Shown here piece by piece: positions 53,676 to 64,000 of a stretch of 64,000 nt of DNA; within the stretch, counting starts at the first letter, position 1; every line of letters starts with the position of its first letter. The stretch comes from Calditrichia bacterium (GTDB lineage: Bacteria; Calditrichota; Calditrichia; JAJRVZ01): assembly GCA_963796965.1 (NCBI GenBank), contig CAWCNS010000007.1, positions 736,001-800,000 on the forward strand, read 5' to 3'. The notes below the pieces were generated by a model. The model searched no databases. It was not told the DNA's origin and worked only from the letters and a program-made list of their open reading frames with translations. The position numbers and the translations under genes were made by a program.

Positions 53676-54335
53676 CTAGTTTAAACCCTCAAGCAACTGT
53701 CTGGCACGTATGCTTTCTTCCGATTGCGGATGGAGAAGTATTAATTTCTCCCAATAGAAGCGGGCCTGCTCTTTTTCTTTCGTTCGGCTATACATAATAC
53801 CAATATTGAAGAGACCTTTAACATGGTTTGGATCTAACTCCAAAGCCTTTTCCATATTCTCTATAGCGATCGGAAAATTCTGAATATTATAATAACAGAC
53901 TGCCATATCGATTCTAATGGCAATATTTAAGGAATCCAAATGGGTGGCGTGTGTATAAAATGGTATAGCGCCGGCAAAATCACCCGCGTCGAATAAAATA
54001 TTTCCCATCCGGATATTTGATTGCAGATCATCGGGATTTGATGATAGTTTCTCACGCAGAGCATTAATTTCAGGTGTAATTTCTAAAGAGTTGGCGGAGG
54101 ATTGTACTTTCACTTCATCCTTTTTCTGGTTACTCTCTAAAATTAAGAATACAATAACTAAAGCCACGACAGATGTTAATGCAATGAGTAAATAGGCATT
54201 ACGTGGTTTATCCAGAAATTGGGACTTTTTATAGGTTGATTCTTCCGATGTATCAACAGGACTAACTTTACTACCACATTGAGGGCAAAATTTAGCGGAC
54301 TCCGGTAGGAAATATGAACATTTTGAACAATTCAT
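53676..54335 (-). CDS. Zinc-ribbon + TM + TPR protein
   Basis: CSKC...FCPQCG, one hydrophobic helix, then TPR repeats. Confidence 0.85.
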   Translation of the reverse strand: MNCSKCSYFLPESAKFCPQCGSKVSPVDTSEESTYKKSQFLDKPRNAYLLIALTSVVALVIVFLILESNQKKDEVKVQSSANSLEITPEINALREKLSSNPDDLQSNIRMGNILFDAGDFAGAIPFYTHATHLDSLNIAIRIDMAVCYYNIQNFPIAIENMEKALELDPNHVKGLFNIGIMYSRTKEKEQARFYWEKLILLHPQSEESIRARQLLEGLN

Positions 54336-54402
54336 TTATAATTATTTATTCTCTTTATAACATTAGTGACTAGTGCATACAAAAAACGAAATAACTGAGA
54401 GG

Positions 54403-54428
54403 ATCATCCTGAATTTATTTCAGGATCT
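54403..54428. repeat. Palindrome atcatcctgaatttatttcaggatct (same family as 3429)
   Basis: Near-identical to the copy at 3429-3454. Confidence 0.65.
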
Positions 54429-54508
54429 TTTGTTTTATTCGTCATATAGATGCCTAAAAGATTTGGTAGCACGGATATGCTATCTTAGGGGAAATATACC
54501 CGTATCCA

Positions 54509-56380
54509 TCAACCTCCACTGACCTCTTTGACCTTTAATTTCTCACCAGGTTTGATTCTATTAGATCGTTTTTGATTTATTTTTTTCAGATTTTCGATAC
54601 TGATTTGATATTTTTGTGCAATATCCCATAAAGTATCTCCTGATCTTACAATATGATAAGATCCTGCCGGAAGGAATTCAGACTTATCGACAGCCACAGT
54701 TCGTGTGCTTTTTGTCTGTGAGAAGTTTTCAGGAATCCATATACTTAATTTCTGACTTGGATAAATATGCTGTCCATAATATAGTCCATTCCACCCTCGT
54801 ATCCGACTGGCACGGGTATTATACATTTCCGCTATTTCGCCTAATGTATCCCCTTTTTTAACAAGGTAAACAATTTTCATATGATTACTGGGGATCGTTT
54901 TTGAATTTGAATAAGATCGTTTTTTACGAGATTTTTTGGGTGAATAACTTACCTGCTTTTGATAAGCATAGTATTTCTTATTCTGTGGTACAGGAATTAA
55001 TAAATATTGTCCAACATAAATCATACTTCCCTTGATCTTATTGTAACTTTTTAAGATCGTGACCGTACTGCCATATTTTTTAGCAATAACCGATAAGGTT
55101 TCGCCACTGCGAACCCTGTGACGAACCCAGGATCTTTTATTTGAATCAGAAATTTTGGTATAATTCTCACGAAATTTTTCTTTTGTTCCTAGCGGAATAT
55201 TTAAAGTAAAATTTTCTACTCCGGGAGGCGTGCACCACCGTTTGACGGCAGGATTTAAATTTTTTATGGCTTCAAAACTCGTATCAACACATTGGGATAC
55301 GATCTCAAGATCAACACATTCTGAGATCTTTACTGTATCATAAACAACGGGTTGTAATTTTGTAACATGAAAACCATATTTTTCCGGGTTATCGGCGATC
55401 ATATTCGCTGCTATAAATGTCGGGACATAATTTCTAGTTTGCCGGGGTAATCGCGTAAGTTTCCAAAAATCCTTTGTATTCTTTTGTCTCATCCAGTATT
55501 CAACCCGTCGCGGATTACAATTGTACCCGGCCATAGCAAGATACCAATCACCAAACCGTTCATACAAATCTTTTAAATGCTGCGCCGCGGCATGTGAAGC
55601 CAGCAAGGGATCGCGTCGTTCATCAAACCACCAACTTGAGCGCAAACCATAATAAGCACCCGTTGCAGAAATGAACTGCCACATGCCAGATGCCCGGGCA
55701 TAAGAATAGGCTTTTGGATTAAACCCACTCTCAATCATTGCCAAATACTTTAAATTTTTAGGAAGTTCATATTCTTTAAGGATTTGATCGACAAATGCCT
55801 CGTATTGACCAGATCTCTCCAGCCATATAGTAAAAACTTTTCTGCCCTTGGTCTGAAAATATTTAAGCGCTAACTCCACTTTGCGGTTCATTTGAAGTGG
55901 AATCAAATCAGCATCAGTGCTTGTATCAATATGCGTAATTTGCATGCCGCTTGTATCACCAAACGCTTCTTCTTCGTAATCGGTAAGTTCTTCCCTTACT
56001 TCTTCTGCTTCCTGATCAAAAAGATCATGAGAGAAGATCGTTTCGTAATCATGATTGATCTGACGCATGAGTTTGTTATAGGCATCCCATTCCAACAATA
56101 CTGATTTCGTATCTTCGTCATAATCCGCTATTACCGAATATATCTTTTCGTAATAGACTCGGGCACCGATGGAATCCCCAATGCTCAAAGCATTTGAAGC
56201 ATATTTATACAACATATTGAGGGAATCCACCGAAGATTTGACATCACTCTGAAGGTACAAGTCTCCAGGTTGATTTTCATTACTGAAAGAATCAGATGAC
56301 TGTTCCTTTTTAACAGATTGAGAACAGCCTGCCATGTATATAAATAATATAATAATAAGTATATTTAAAAAGCGATCCAT
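54509..56380 (-). CDS. mltD: Membrane-bound lytic murein transglycosylase D-like (SLT + 3 LysM)
   Basis: LAMIESG, ASGMWQF, AGYN and QTRNYVP motifs; three LysM repeats (GETL, GDTL, GDTLW); lipobox MAGC. Confidence 0.92.
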   Translation of the reverse strand: MDRFLNILIIILFIYMAGCSQSVKKEQSSDSFSNENQPGDLYLQSDVKSSVDSLNMLYKYASNALSIGDSIGARVYYEKIYSVIADYDEDTKSVLLEWDAYNKLMRQINHDYETIFSHDLFDQEAEEVREELTDYEEEAFGDTSGMQITHIDTSTDADLIPLQMNRKVELALKYFQTKGRKVFTIWLERSGQYEAFVDQILKEYELPKNLKYLAMIESGFNPKAYSYARASGMWQFISATGAYYGLRSSWWFDERRDPLLASHAAAQHLKDLYERFGDWYLAMAGYNCNPRRVEYWMRQKNTKDFWKLTRLPRQTRNYVPTFIAANMIADNPEKYGFHVTKLQPVVYDTVKISECVDLEIVSQCVDTSFEAIKNLNPAVKRWCTPPGVENFTLNIPLGTKEKFRENYTKISDSNKRSWVRHRVRSGETLSVIAKKYGSTVTILKSYNKIKGSMIYVGQYLLIPVPQNKKYYAYQKQVSYSPKKSRKKRSYSNSKTIPSNHMKIVYLVKKGDTLGEIAEMYNTRASRIRGWNGLYYGQHIYPSQKLSIWIPENFSQTKSTRTVAVDKSEFLPAGSYHIVRSGDTLWDIAQKYQISIENLKKINQKRSNRIKPGEKLKVKEVSGG

Positions 56381-56406
56381 AACACCTCAGATTTAATATT
56401 AATAAA

Positions 56407-56886
56407 TTATTTTCGTTGGTTCGTCTGTATTTTGCCAATCAGATCCGTTGTTGATTTTCCACTGATCAGCGAAAGCGTAACAACTTTTCCTCCATACCCT
56501 TCAACAACTTCCCGTCCCACGACACCATCAATAGTATAATCCCCGCCCTTTACGAGAATATCGGGTTTAAGCAACTCGAGTAACGGAATAGGTGTATCCT
56601 CATTAAAGACGCATACAGCATCCACGCATATTAATTGTGAAAGGATAAAGGCGCGGTCATCTTCAGCAACGACCGGTCGGTTGGGACCTTTTAACTTGCT
56701 TACAGATTTGTCAGAATTTAAACCTAAAACAAGCAGATCTCCTAATTCTTTTGCTGCATTTAAGTACTCAACATGCCCACGATGCAAAATATCGAAACAG
56801 CCATTTGTGAATACGATGACTTTTCCGGAATTATGCCATTCCTGAACAACTACATATAATGCTTCTCTATTATATACTTTTCCCAA
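56407..56886 (-). CDS. rfaE2: D-glycero-beta-D-manno-heptose 1-phosphate adenylyltransferase
   Basis: FTNGCFDILHRGH, GLNSD, KGGDY and STT motifs; probable TTG start overlapping the rfaE1 end. Confidence 0.93.
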   Translation of the reverse strand: MGKVYNREALYVVVQEWHNSGKVIVFTNGCFDILHRGHVEYLNAAKELGDLLVLGLNSDKSVSKLKGPNRPVVAEDDRAFILSQLICVDAVCVFNEDTPIPLLELLKPDILVKGGDYTIDGVVGREVVEGYGGKVVTLSLISGKSTTDLIGKIQTNQRK

Positions 56887-57874
56887 TACAAGCCCTATAT
56901 AGTTTGTTTTTTTCCACCGGTACAATACCAACCTCACCGCAAACAAGTCCCGCAGCATGGTTTGCTATTGTCGCCGCTTCCTGAATCGTCGCGCCACTAG
57001 CCATGGCGGCAGTAAGAGTACCAATAACCGTATCTCCAGCACCGGAGATATCGGCGACACGTTTTGCATTTGTGGAGACGTGCGTAATCCGTTGATCTCT
57101 TTCAAAAAGAGACATACCGTGCACCCCACGGGTAATTAAGACATTATCTGATTGCAATAATTTCATCAAATTTTTTCCAGCTATTTCAAGATCCTGCTCT
57201 GAATTAATTTTAACGGATAAAACTTTTTCCGTTTCTTTTATATTCGGCTTAAACACTGTAACCTTTTGATAATTATGAAAATACTTAAATTTTGGATCAA
57301 CGGTGATAAGGATATTGTTTTTATTTGCATTATCAATAATCTTAGTTATCAAAGTCTCAGTCAGAACACCCTTGTTATAATCCTGGAGAACAATACCATC
57401 AATAGAGCCCAGCAACTCCTCAATCTTATTTAAGATTCGTTTTTCTTGCTCTTTGTTAAGATAACTACTTTTCTCACGGTCGACTCTGGCAACATGTTGT
57501 GAGTCACAAATAATCCGTGTTTTAACTGAGGTTGGTTTTCCTAAAATTCGAACAACACCATCTGCAATAATCCCATTCTGTCCTAGCAATTCGAGCAATG
57601 TATCACCACCTCTATCATCTCCAATGGCTCCAACAACGATTGGAACACATCCCAGGGCAGCAACATTTAATGCGACATTTGCAGCACCACCCAGACGTGT
57701 ATCCTGCTCAACAACCTCTACAACCGGCACAGGCGCCTCAGGGGAGATACGGGACACAGTCCCAAAAATATACTCATCGAGCATTAAATCCCCAACAACC
57801 ATGATTCGTTTGTCCTGGAACCTGGAAAAGATTGCATCAAGTCTTTCGCGTCCAAATTCGATCAAAAATCTCAC
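56870..57874 (-). CDS. rfaE1: D-glycero-beta-D-manno-heptose-7-phosphate kinase
   Basis: GDLMLDEY, RISPEAPVPV, GGAANVA, DYNKG and D.SGAGDTV motifs. Confidence 0.95.
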   Translation of the reverse strand: MRFLIEFGRERLDAIFSRFQDKRIMVVGDLMLDEYIFGTVSRISPEAPVPVVEVVEQDTRLGGAANVALNVAALGCVPIVVGAIGDDRGGDTLLELLGQNGIIADGVVRILGKPTSVKTRIICDSQHVARVDREKSSYLNKEQEKRILNKIEELLGSIDGIVLQDYNKGVLTETLITKIIDNANKNNILITVDPKFKYFHNYQKVTVFKPNIKETEKVLSVKINSEQDLEIAGKNLMKLLQSDNVLITRGVHGMSLFERDQRITHVSTNAKRVADISGAGDTVIGTLTAAMASGATIQEAATIANHAAGLVCGEVGIVPVEKNKLYRACIGKSI

Positions 57875-58137
57875 TTATGTTTAAATTAAACAGTAATATA
57901 ACCAGTTTTGAAGTAATACTCAACCATTTTTTGCGCTAAGCCTATATTATTACAAAGACTTGGCCCTGTTTGATAATTTCGGGTAATCTCCAAAGGAAAG
58001 AGGAATAACGCTTAAGAAAGCGATAGCCAGTACTGTCCCAGGGAAAGGAACTGAGTAATTTGCTTACGGCAGAATTGTATCCACCCTCCTGCCGGCAGAG
58101 AAGATGAAGGAGTGAAATCAAGGAAAGTATCTACAGT

Positions 58138-58437
58138 TTAAGTTTTAGATAGATTTTTACTCATGAGTTGTTTAATTGAATTTCCGAACATTTCCATAAC
58201 AGCAAATAACAACAAATTAAAAACACCTAAAAAAAATACAAACTTTACTATCGCATCTACCAATAAAAAGTTGAAGTTTGGTAATATGATAATTAGGGTA
58301 AAACATATACCCACGATCCAACTCATAATACGTAATATCTGTTTAAATTTGTTTTCAACTATTTCCGGAAATTCCGGCTCTTCCTTTGCAACAGGTCTTA
58401 CAAATGCCTCATTCCGACGTTTTGATTTCTTTGCCAT
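58138..58437 (-). CDS. Small membrane protein (2 TM), unknown function
   Basis: Basic N-terminus, two hydrophobic helices, GAGG RBS. Confidence 0.7.
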   Translation of the reverse strand: MAKKSKRRNEAFVRPVAKEEPEFPEIVENKFKQILRIMSWIVGICFTLIIILPNFNFLLVDAIVKFVFFLGVFNLLLFAVMEMFGNSIKQLMSKNLSKT

Positions 58438-58454
58438 CTTTACCTCAGATTAGA

Positions 58455-58985
58455 TCAAATTTTTCGCATAATATTTATGATATCCTCTTCTAATGAATCG
58501 CCAGCGGGACGTTCCACGATTCTTCCCAATTCATCACCTTGATGGAAGAAAATGAATGTTGCAACACGCTCAATGTTTTTCTCTTTTGCCTTACCAGATT
58601 CCAATTCTTTGTCCCTGTCAACCGCCCAAAAGCGAATACTATCAGCAGATACAAAACCACTACTATCAGATATTTTTAAAAACCTCGGGACTTCTCTTCT
58701 GCTATCACCACACCAGGTACCTAAAAACACATCAACACTCACCAGAGCAGATCTCTTTGAAAGCGTATCCACATAGGTGCTCCTGGGATTATAGTCATCA
58801 TACCTCTTTTTCCAGTCAGGATATTCATCAAATAGCTCCTGGCGGGTGATTTCTCCATAAAGCATATTGACACCTGTCCGAAAAACTTTGTTTGAATCAC
58901 TTTTTAGTGTGGTCAAACATCCGGCAATCATAAGTCCAGCAAACAAAACGATAGTAAAACTAAATATTTTCACTATTATTCTCAT
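58455..58985 (-). CDS. Thioredoxin-family lipoprotein (CxxS)
   Basis: FLGTWCGDSRREVP and IERVATFI...ELGRIVE motifs; lipobox IAGC. Confidence 0.85.
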   Translation of the reverse strand: MRIIVKIFSFTIVLFAGLMIAGCLTTLKSDSNKVFRTGVNMLYGEITRQELFDEYPDWKKRYDDYNPRSTYVDTLSKRSALVSVDVFLGTWCGDSRREVPRFLKISDSSGFVSADSIRFWAVDRDKELESGKAKEKNIERVATFIFFHQGDELGRIVERPAGDSLEEDIINIMRKI

Positions 58986-59799
58986 CCACAGATTCCTTGA
59001 CAGCCGACTTGAGTAATTTAATAACAATACCGCTGCTATCTATCCTCATATAACGTACTACTGAACTATCTGTTCCCCCCATTCCAAGATCCCTGCCATT
59101 GAGAGAAATTCGCAAACCATCGGCACGACCGATCAAAAATTCAAACGTACTATCAGCCTTTATATCCAGGGATTGCTTCGGATTTAACAAATATTCAGTG
59201 GTATCTCTTTTATCCGCAACAACCCGAAACCAGGTCTTTTTTATGGCCCCAATGTTCATATTCAGACCTGACGACATTTCTTTCTGTAATTGTATCGAAT
59301 CCTGCTTCGCTTTTTCCTGTGCTTCCATCCTATCCACAATATTTTCGATATTGATTTCCTGCACCTTACTTTCAGTTGACGTCCCAACCATTTCAGTATT
59401 TATCAAAAGCAAAACAACAACAATCACAATTAACGAAAATGGCAGGATCACAAACAAATTACGATGACTAAATATTTTTTTATCAGATTCTTTCAATTTT
59501 TCGTTTATCTGGATGACTGAAGTCGTTTTATCGATACGGATGGCCCGTCGATAATCCAGAAAAGAATCAAAATATTCTTCTTCATCCACATCTAAAGCTT
59601 TTAAATAAGACCGGAAGAAAAGTTTATCATATACCTCAGGAATTTTTAGTAAATCGCCGTTTTCAAGCGACTCTAAAAATTTGATCTGTATTCGTGATCT
59701 TTCTGCCACATCTTCAAGAGATAGCCCTTTTTGAACCCTTAATTCTCTTAGTCTATCAAAAATAGACAATTCTGTTGATCCATTATCCATATCACTCAT
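58960..59799 (-). CDS. rodZ: RodZ-like protein (HTH + TM + DUF4115)
   Basis: LRELRVQKGLSLEDVA...LE.G HTH, one TM helix, C-terminal TWFRV..D...IG.ADG...LNG. Confidence 0.85.
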   Translation of the reverse strand: MSDMDNGSTELSIFDRLRELRVQKGLSLEDVAERSRIQIKFLESLENGDLLKIPEVYDKLFFRSYLKALDVDEEEYFDSFLDYRRAIRIDKTTSVIQINEKLKESDKKIFSHRNLFVILPFSLIVIVVVLLLINTEMVGTSTESKVQEINIENIVDRMEAQEKAKQDSIQLQKEMSSGLNMNIGAIKKTWFRVVADKRDTTEYLLNPKQSLDIKADSTFEFLIGRADGLRISLNGRDLGMGGTDSSVVRYMRIDSSGIVIKLLKSAVKESVDENNSENI

Positions 59800-61497
59800 A
59801 GCAATTTTATATCCTTAACCCTCATTTGAATATTTGTTCTTCCGTTCCATGTATTTTCTTCAATGACATATGCAAGATCAACCATCTGGTGAGATGGCTT
59901 CATTTTATCACGGACCTCAGCAAAATTGAAGGCAATAGCATCAATAACGATTCCATCTCCCCTCACTTTAAACTTCAAGTGGTTATTTCCAACCACCTGA
60001 GCATTTCCAACTACTTCGACATTCCGTGTCACGAATATGGGGCGCATGTTTTGAGGTCCGTATGGCGCAAATTGTTTGAGCCATTTTAAAAGGGATGCAT
60101 CAAATTCTTTTAACGATATTTCAGCCTGTATATCAAGAGAAGGTACGAGATCTTCTTTTGAGATCAGCACCTCAGTAATTTTTTGCATTTCCTCCCGTAA
60201 ATAATCAATATTACCTTCCTTTACGGTAAGGCCGGCGGCAAATTTATGACCACCAAAATTATCTAAGACATGCTCCATACTTTTTAGCGCATTATACATA
60301 TCAAAATTAGTTGTAGAACGGGCAGACCCTTTACCAATTCCTTCTCGCAAAGAAATGAGAATAGTGGGACGATTAAATTTTTCCATTATTCTGGAGGCAA
60401 CGATACCAATGACCCCAGGATGCCATCCCTCCTTCGCCAGAATAAGTATTTTTGCCCCGGTATCAATCTGTTTCTGCGCTATCTCAATAGCTTCCCGGCA
60501 TGTGGTTTCATCAATATCCCGCCGCATTTTATTCTCAGATTCAAGAACCCGGGCTATATTTCTTGATTGCTGCAAACTCGACGAAGTGAGTAGGTGAACC
60601 GCTTTTTTTGCCGATGACATTCGTCCCACGGCATTGATTCGCGGAGCGAGGACAAAAATAATTAAGGAGACATCAAGTATTCTACCCAAAAGTGATGAGC
60701 TTTCCAGCAAAGCAAACAATCCGTTTCTGGGACCATCATTAATTCGTGCAAGGCCATATTTGACAAGCACCCGGTTCTCATCAAGCATGGGTACAATATC
60801 TGCTGCAGTACCAATAGCCACGAGATCGAGGAACTTCTCCAATTCTGAAATTTCATATCCTAGGGATTTATACAAAGCTTGCAGTAATTTAAAGGCAACC
60901 CCAACTCCGGCCAATTCTTTAAACGGATAGGCACATCCTTTTATTTTGGGATCGAGTACAGCATATCCATTAGGAAGTTTTTCAGCAGGCTCATGATGAT
61001 CACATATGATAACATCGATGCCCTTCGATCTGGCAAAATCCACTTCTTCAACAGCAGTGATGCCACAATCAACCGTTAGAATTAAACCCACATTGCGTGA
61101 TTCGGCAATGTGAATCCCATCCAGTGACAGACCATAACCATCGGTAATTCGATTTGGAATATAAAACGATACTTTTCCACCCAGCCCAAATAGTGCTTCA
61201 TAGAGAAGAGATACGGCTGTTGTTCCATCAACATCATAATCACCATAAATAAGGATATTTTCACCATCACGCAGAGCAGCCGTTATTCGGTTGATCGCTT
61301 TTTCCATATCCTTCATAAGATGAGGATCATGGAGATTGATCCAGATCAGGATTCAAGAATTTCTGTATTTGTTCAGGTGAGTTGAGATTGCGGTCAAGTA
61401 ATAGCTGAGCAACGACAGGACTGACATCAATTTGCTCTTGAAGCTTTGATATCGCTTCCTGCGGGGCGGGTTTTTTGAAGACCCATTGAAAAAACAT
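59796..61497 (-). CDS. recJ: Single-stranded-DNA exonuclease RecJ, N-terminal frameshifts
   Basis: GDYDVDG, TVDCG, DHH, GTAADIVP, PRINAVGR, GSARS and GGH motifs. The N-terminus (…FLNPDLDQLHDPHLMKDM) is recoverable upstream of the ORF-track start at 61316. Confidence 0.95.
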
Positions 61498-61522
61498 CTA
61501 TACTCCAATCTGTAAAAGATTG

Positions 61523-61954
61523 GATCCGGAGAAAATCTATAAGCCGAATTCTGTAATTCCGCGGTAACGGAACCGGTAATCATTTATCTTACCATTTCAG
61601 AGAATGGTTAAGCGATCTACCCTGGAGTTCACGCTTTCCACTTAGGAAAACAAATGAGTTGGGGACCTCATATCCGCTACGGATTCCTCCTATATTTGAT
61701 CTTGCATCAGATAGGGTTTGTCATACATTCGCCTTCAAAAAAGGTACCTTTTGAGGTATTCACTATGGAACAAAGCGGTGGGCTCTTACCCCGCCTTTTC
61801 ACCCTTATCCCGACTTAGTCGGGACGGTATTTTTTCTGTGACACTTTCCTTCTCCGAAATATATTCGAAGATTCTGAATTTCTCAGAATACCTTCCCTTT
61901 GATGTTCGGACTTTCCTCCCTTATTCAGGGTGATTACCTGATTTTCTCCGGATC
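61523..61954 (-). ncRNA. rnpB: RNase P RNA (type A)
   Basis: GAGGAAAGTCCG near the 5' end, GTGAAAAGGCGGGGTAAGAGCCCACC, and ACAGAATTCGGCTTA at the 3' end; perfect 15-bp P1 stem gatccggagaaaatc/gattttctccggatc. Confidence 0.96.
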
Positions 61955-61974
61955 TATTTTATTTTAAATTATTC

Positions 61975-62686
61975 TTATAAATTTTGATCCCACACCAGAA
62001 TCCGACCACAAGACTCACATTGATGAAGTCGTTTCATGCTTTTTATTTCGACAACTCTCTGGGGTGGAATAAATGAAAAACAGCCACTGCACACACCACC
62101 ATTGCATGATGCGACAGCCATACCCCTTTTTGCACTTCGAATTCGTGTATAGGAGCTGAATCTGCTGGTGGGTAAGTTTCTTCGCGACTATTTCTCTTTC
62201 ATGAATCAAAATATTCTCTTCCTCTGAAGAGGTATTTATTTTTTCCTGAAGCAAATTATTATTTTCATCGAATTCATTTTCTAATTTTGTTATTTCAGAT
62301 TCTAACAATTCATTAGATTTTTCCAGATTCTCGATTGTTTCGGTATTATTTATAATTTGATCTTCATATTCGTCAATCTTGCTTTTTACCATCTCAGTCT
62401 CATTTGAGATTGCATCATATTCTTTATTCGTTTTAACCTGATAGAATTGTTCTTCATATTTTTTCAGTTTTACCTTTAATGATTTTAACTCCGTTTCTAC
62501 CGTATTGGTTTCAACTTTGAGATGCTTGACCTTTTCTTTTTGATCCGCAACCATCTTTTTATTACCATTAAGGCGACTATCCAGTTCTTCAACAATCTCA
62601 GGCAAATCTCCTCGTTCTTCTTTAACTTTGTCAAGTTTTAAATCAATTTCCTGCAATTCAATCAACGAATATAAAGTATTTTGCAA
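61975..62686 (-). CDS. C4-type zinc-ribbon domain coiled-coil protein (DUF164/CT398-like), frameshift near 62155
   Basis: LIELQEID, long coiled coil, KTNKEYDA; shifted C-terminus …VCSGCFSFIPPQ…QCESCGRILVWDQNL*. Confidence 0.9.
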
Positions 62687-62707
62687 TTCACGGCCTCCAC
62701 ATTTGAA

Positions 62708-62742
62708 TAAAAAAAAAGTGCATTTTTAGTAAATGCACTTTT
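62708..62742 (-). terminator. Intrinsic terminator-like hairpin downstream of the tRNA
   Basis: aaaagtgcattt-actaa-aaatgcactttt followed by a T run on the minus strand. Confidence 0.6.
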
Positions 62743-62822
62743 ATAATCTTAAATTTTATAAATTCTGAGTGATAAAATAAATAACTTTCGTACTTGCACT
62801 CTTTTATTCCTACTATTTATTG

Positions 62823-62896
62823 TGGGCCCACAGGGACTTGAACCCCGGACCAGCCGATTATGAGTCGGCTGCTCTAACCAACTGAGCTATGGGCCC
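62823..62896 (-). tRNA. tRNA with CAT anticodon, most likely tRNA-Ile2 (lysidine); CCA not encoded
   Basis: GGGCCCATAGCTCAGTTGGTTAGAGCAGCCGACTCATAATCGGCTGGTCCGGGGTTCAAGTCCCTGTGGGCCCA. The GACTCATAATC arm resembles ileX, and initiator features (C1:A72 mismatch, GGG/CCC anticodon stem) are absent. Confidence 0.9.
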
Positions 62897-63003
62897 AAAA
62901 ATCATTAATTTGATCAGATTTCTAAAACGAACTAACTGTTAATTTAAGACTTATCACATCTAAAATCAAGATCAACTATCGCCCAATTGTGATAGATAAT
63001 AAA

Positions 63004-64000
63004 CTACAGAGGTAAAATGTCGGTAAATATCTCTTCCATGTTCTCATTAAAGCCCAATGTATAAGTTGTAGACAGTTGGTTTAATTCATTTCTTAAACTA
63101 GCAGGTTTAGCATTCTCTTCTTTTACTAAAATAACAGGATTTACAGATTGATAAGTTTTGTATGTTTCGGAAGACAGTAATAGTGGACAAAATCCTAAAC
63201 TTTTTATAAATAACTCTGCGATGATATCATTTTTGTGATAAATGACATCATCTATAACAGCCAACAGATGGCCTTTATTTTCGGATGGAGAGTATAATAG
63301 AATCTTCGATAGTTGGGAATTTTCCAGATAACGAAGTTCAATTATAGCCAAATAATTTTTAATATTCACCATGCACGATCCACTTCCATCAAATAAAATT
63401 ACAGATTCTTCAATACGTCCGGATTCAGACCCTGATAATAACCATTGACGGCCATTCTCAGTTTTAAAATTACACCGATCAACGAGTAAGCCATAATGAT
63501 TTTGAATCCAGCCAATAACCCAACATTCTTGTGATTTTTTATTTGTTAAAAAATAGGACCGTCCTTCCCTATCAAGCACTGATAAACCTATGCGTGGATT
63601 TGTTGATTTGATGGACTGATATATTTTGAGCCATCGCGACTGATTAAACTCTAATTTTTGATCATTAAGCTCAACACGACCATCAATTTGTCCTTTTGCA
63701 CAGGAAATTTGAAACCTTTTCTTTTTTAAAATCCATTTTAATCTTAGGTCTTTATGATGTATTTCTGATTTTTTCCAAAGAAGAGGAACATGCAACAGGT
63801 AATTATCCACTCTCAGAATTATTTTATTAATATGTAGATTATCATACAGATATCCGCTCACATCTGGCAGGACCTCAAGTTTATGGTTTTCCTCATCGAA
63901 CTTTAAAAAGACCTCTTTGTCCACTTTTATCACGAGAAGTTTATCGATAGATAAAGAACTATATATCTTTTGTCCAAAGCGCGTAAATCGAATAAACTTA
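63004..64000 (-). CDS. Hypothetical protein, 5' end outside the window
   Basis: The frame stays open from the ORF-track start at 63933 to the window edge (KFIRFTRFGQKIYSSLSIDKLL…); no recognisable motif. Confidence 0.65.
   Translation of the reverse strand, partial: KFIRFTRFGQKIYSSLSIDKLLVIKVDKEVFLKFDEENHKLEVLPDVSGYLYDNLHINKIILRVDNYLLHVPLLWKKSEIHHKDLRLKWILKKKRFQISCAKGQIDGRVELNDQKLEFNQSRWLKIYQSIKSTNPRIGLSVLDREGRSYFLTNKKSQECWVIGWIQNHYGLLVDRCNFKTENGRQWLLSGSESGRIEESVILFDGSGSCMVNIKNYLAIIELRYLENSQLSKILLYSPSENKGHLLAVIDDVIYHKNDIIAELFIKSLGFCPLLLSSETYKTYQSVNPVILVKEENAKPASLRNELNQLSTTYTLGFNENMEEIFTDILPL

Noticed and set aside
61353..61933. ORFs 61353..61583 and 61718..61933
   Set aside because: They overlap RNase P RNA and the frameshifted recJ N-terminus.
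62823..62896. tRNA-Met/fMet call, or tRNA-anchored integrative element
   Set aside because: The sequence resembles Ile2 and lacks initiator features. No integrase or duplicated tRNA 3' end was seen in the window.

Overview
This is a 64 kb window of a low-GC Gram-negative bacterial chromosome. Gene content (GWxTD protein, bS22, split rfaE1/rfaE2, DUF2911, strong Shine-Dalgarno use) suggests the FCB superphylum, possibly Calditrichota-like; the taxonomy is inference only. The left part (1 to ~39 kb) is an accessory catabolic region. It has four Cys-type sulfatases, four Gfo/Idh/MocA oxidoreductases, a GH78 rhamnosidase, DUF1080, a TIM-barrel sugar isomerase, PhoD, an aldo/keto reductase, an orphan PreA-like flavo-Fe-S protein with a class III aminotransferase, amidohydrolases, and a PIG-L/small-membrane-protein/Na+:solute symporter unit. 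The right part (~39.5-64 kb) is mostly core: two paralogous lipoproteins, a PdxJ-fold and a GH2-fold protein, smc, GWxTD, nadK, xseAB, bS22, GH20, mltD, rfaE1/E2, rodZ, recJ, RNase P RNA, a zinc-ribbon protein and tRNA-Ile2(CAT). About 15 single-base frameshifts, including in smc and recJ, point to uncorrected sequencing/assembly indels rather than pseudogenes. The most interesting observations are: (i) a non-coding array of eight 23-24 bp units with a conserved TCTATGCAT core and variable spacers at ~18.8-19.0 kb; (ii) a full-length PdxJ homologue lacking nearly all catalytic residues, next to an apparently inactive membrane-anchored GH2-fold protein, just upstream of smc; (iii) an orphan PreA-like enzyme with altered substrate motifs in a sulfatase/aminotransferase cluster. 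No transposase, cas gene or canonical CRISPR array was seen.
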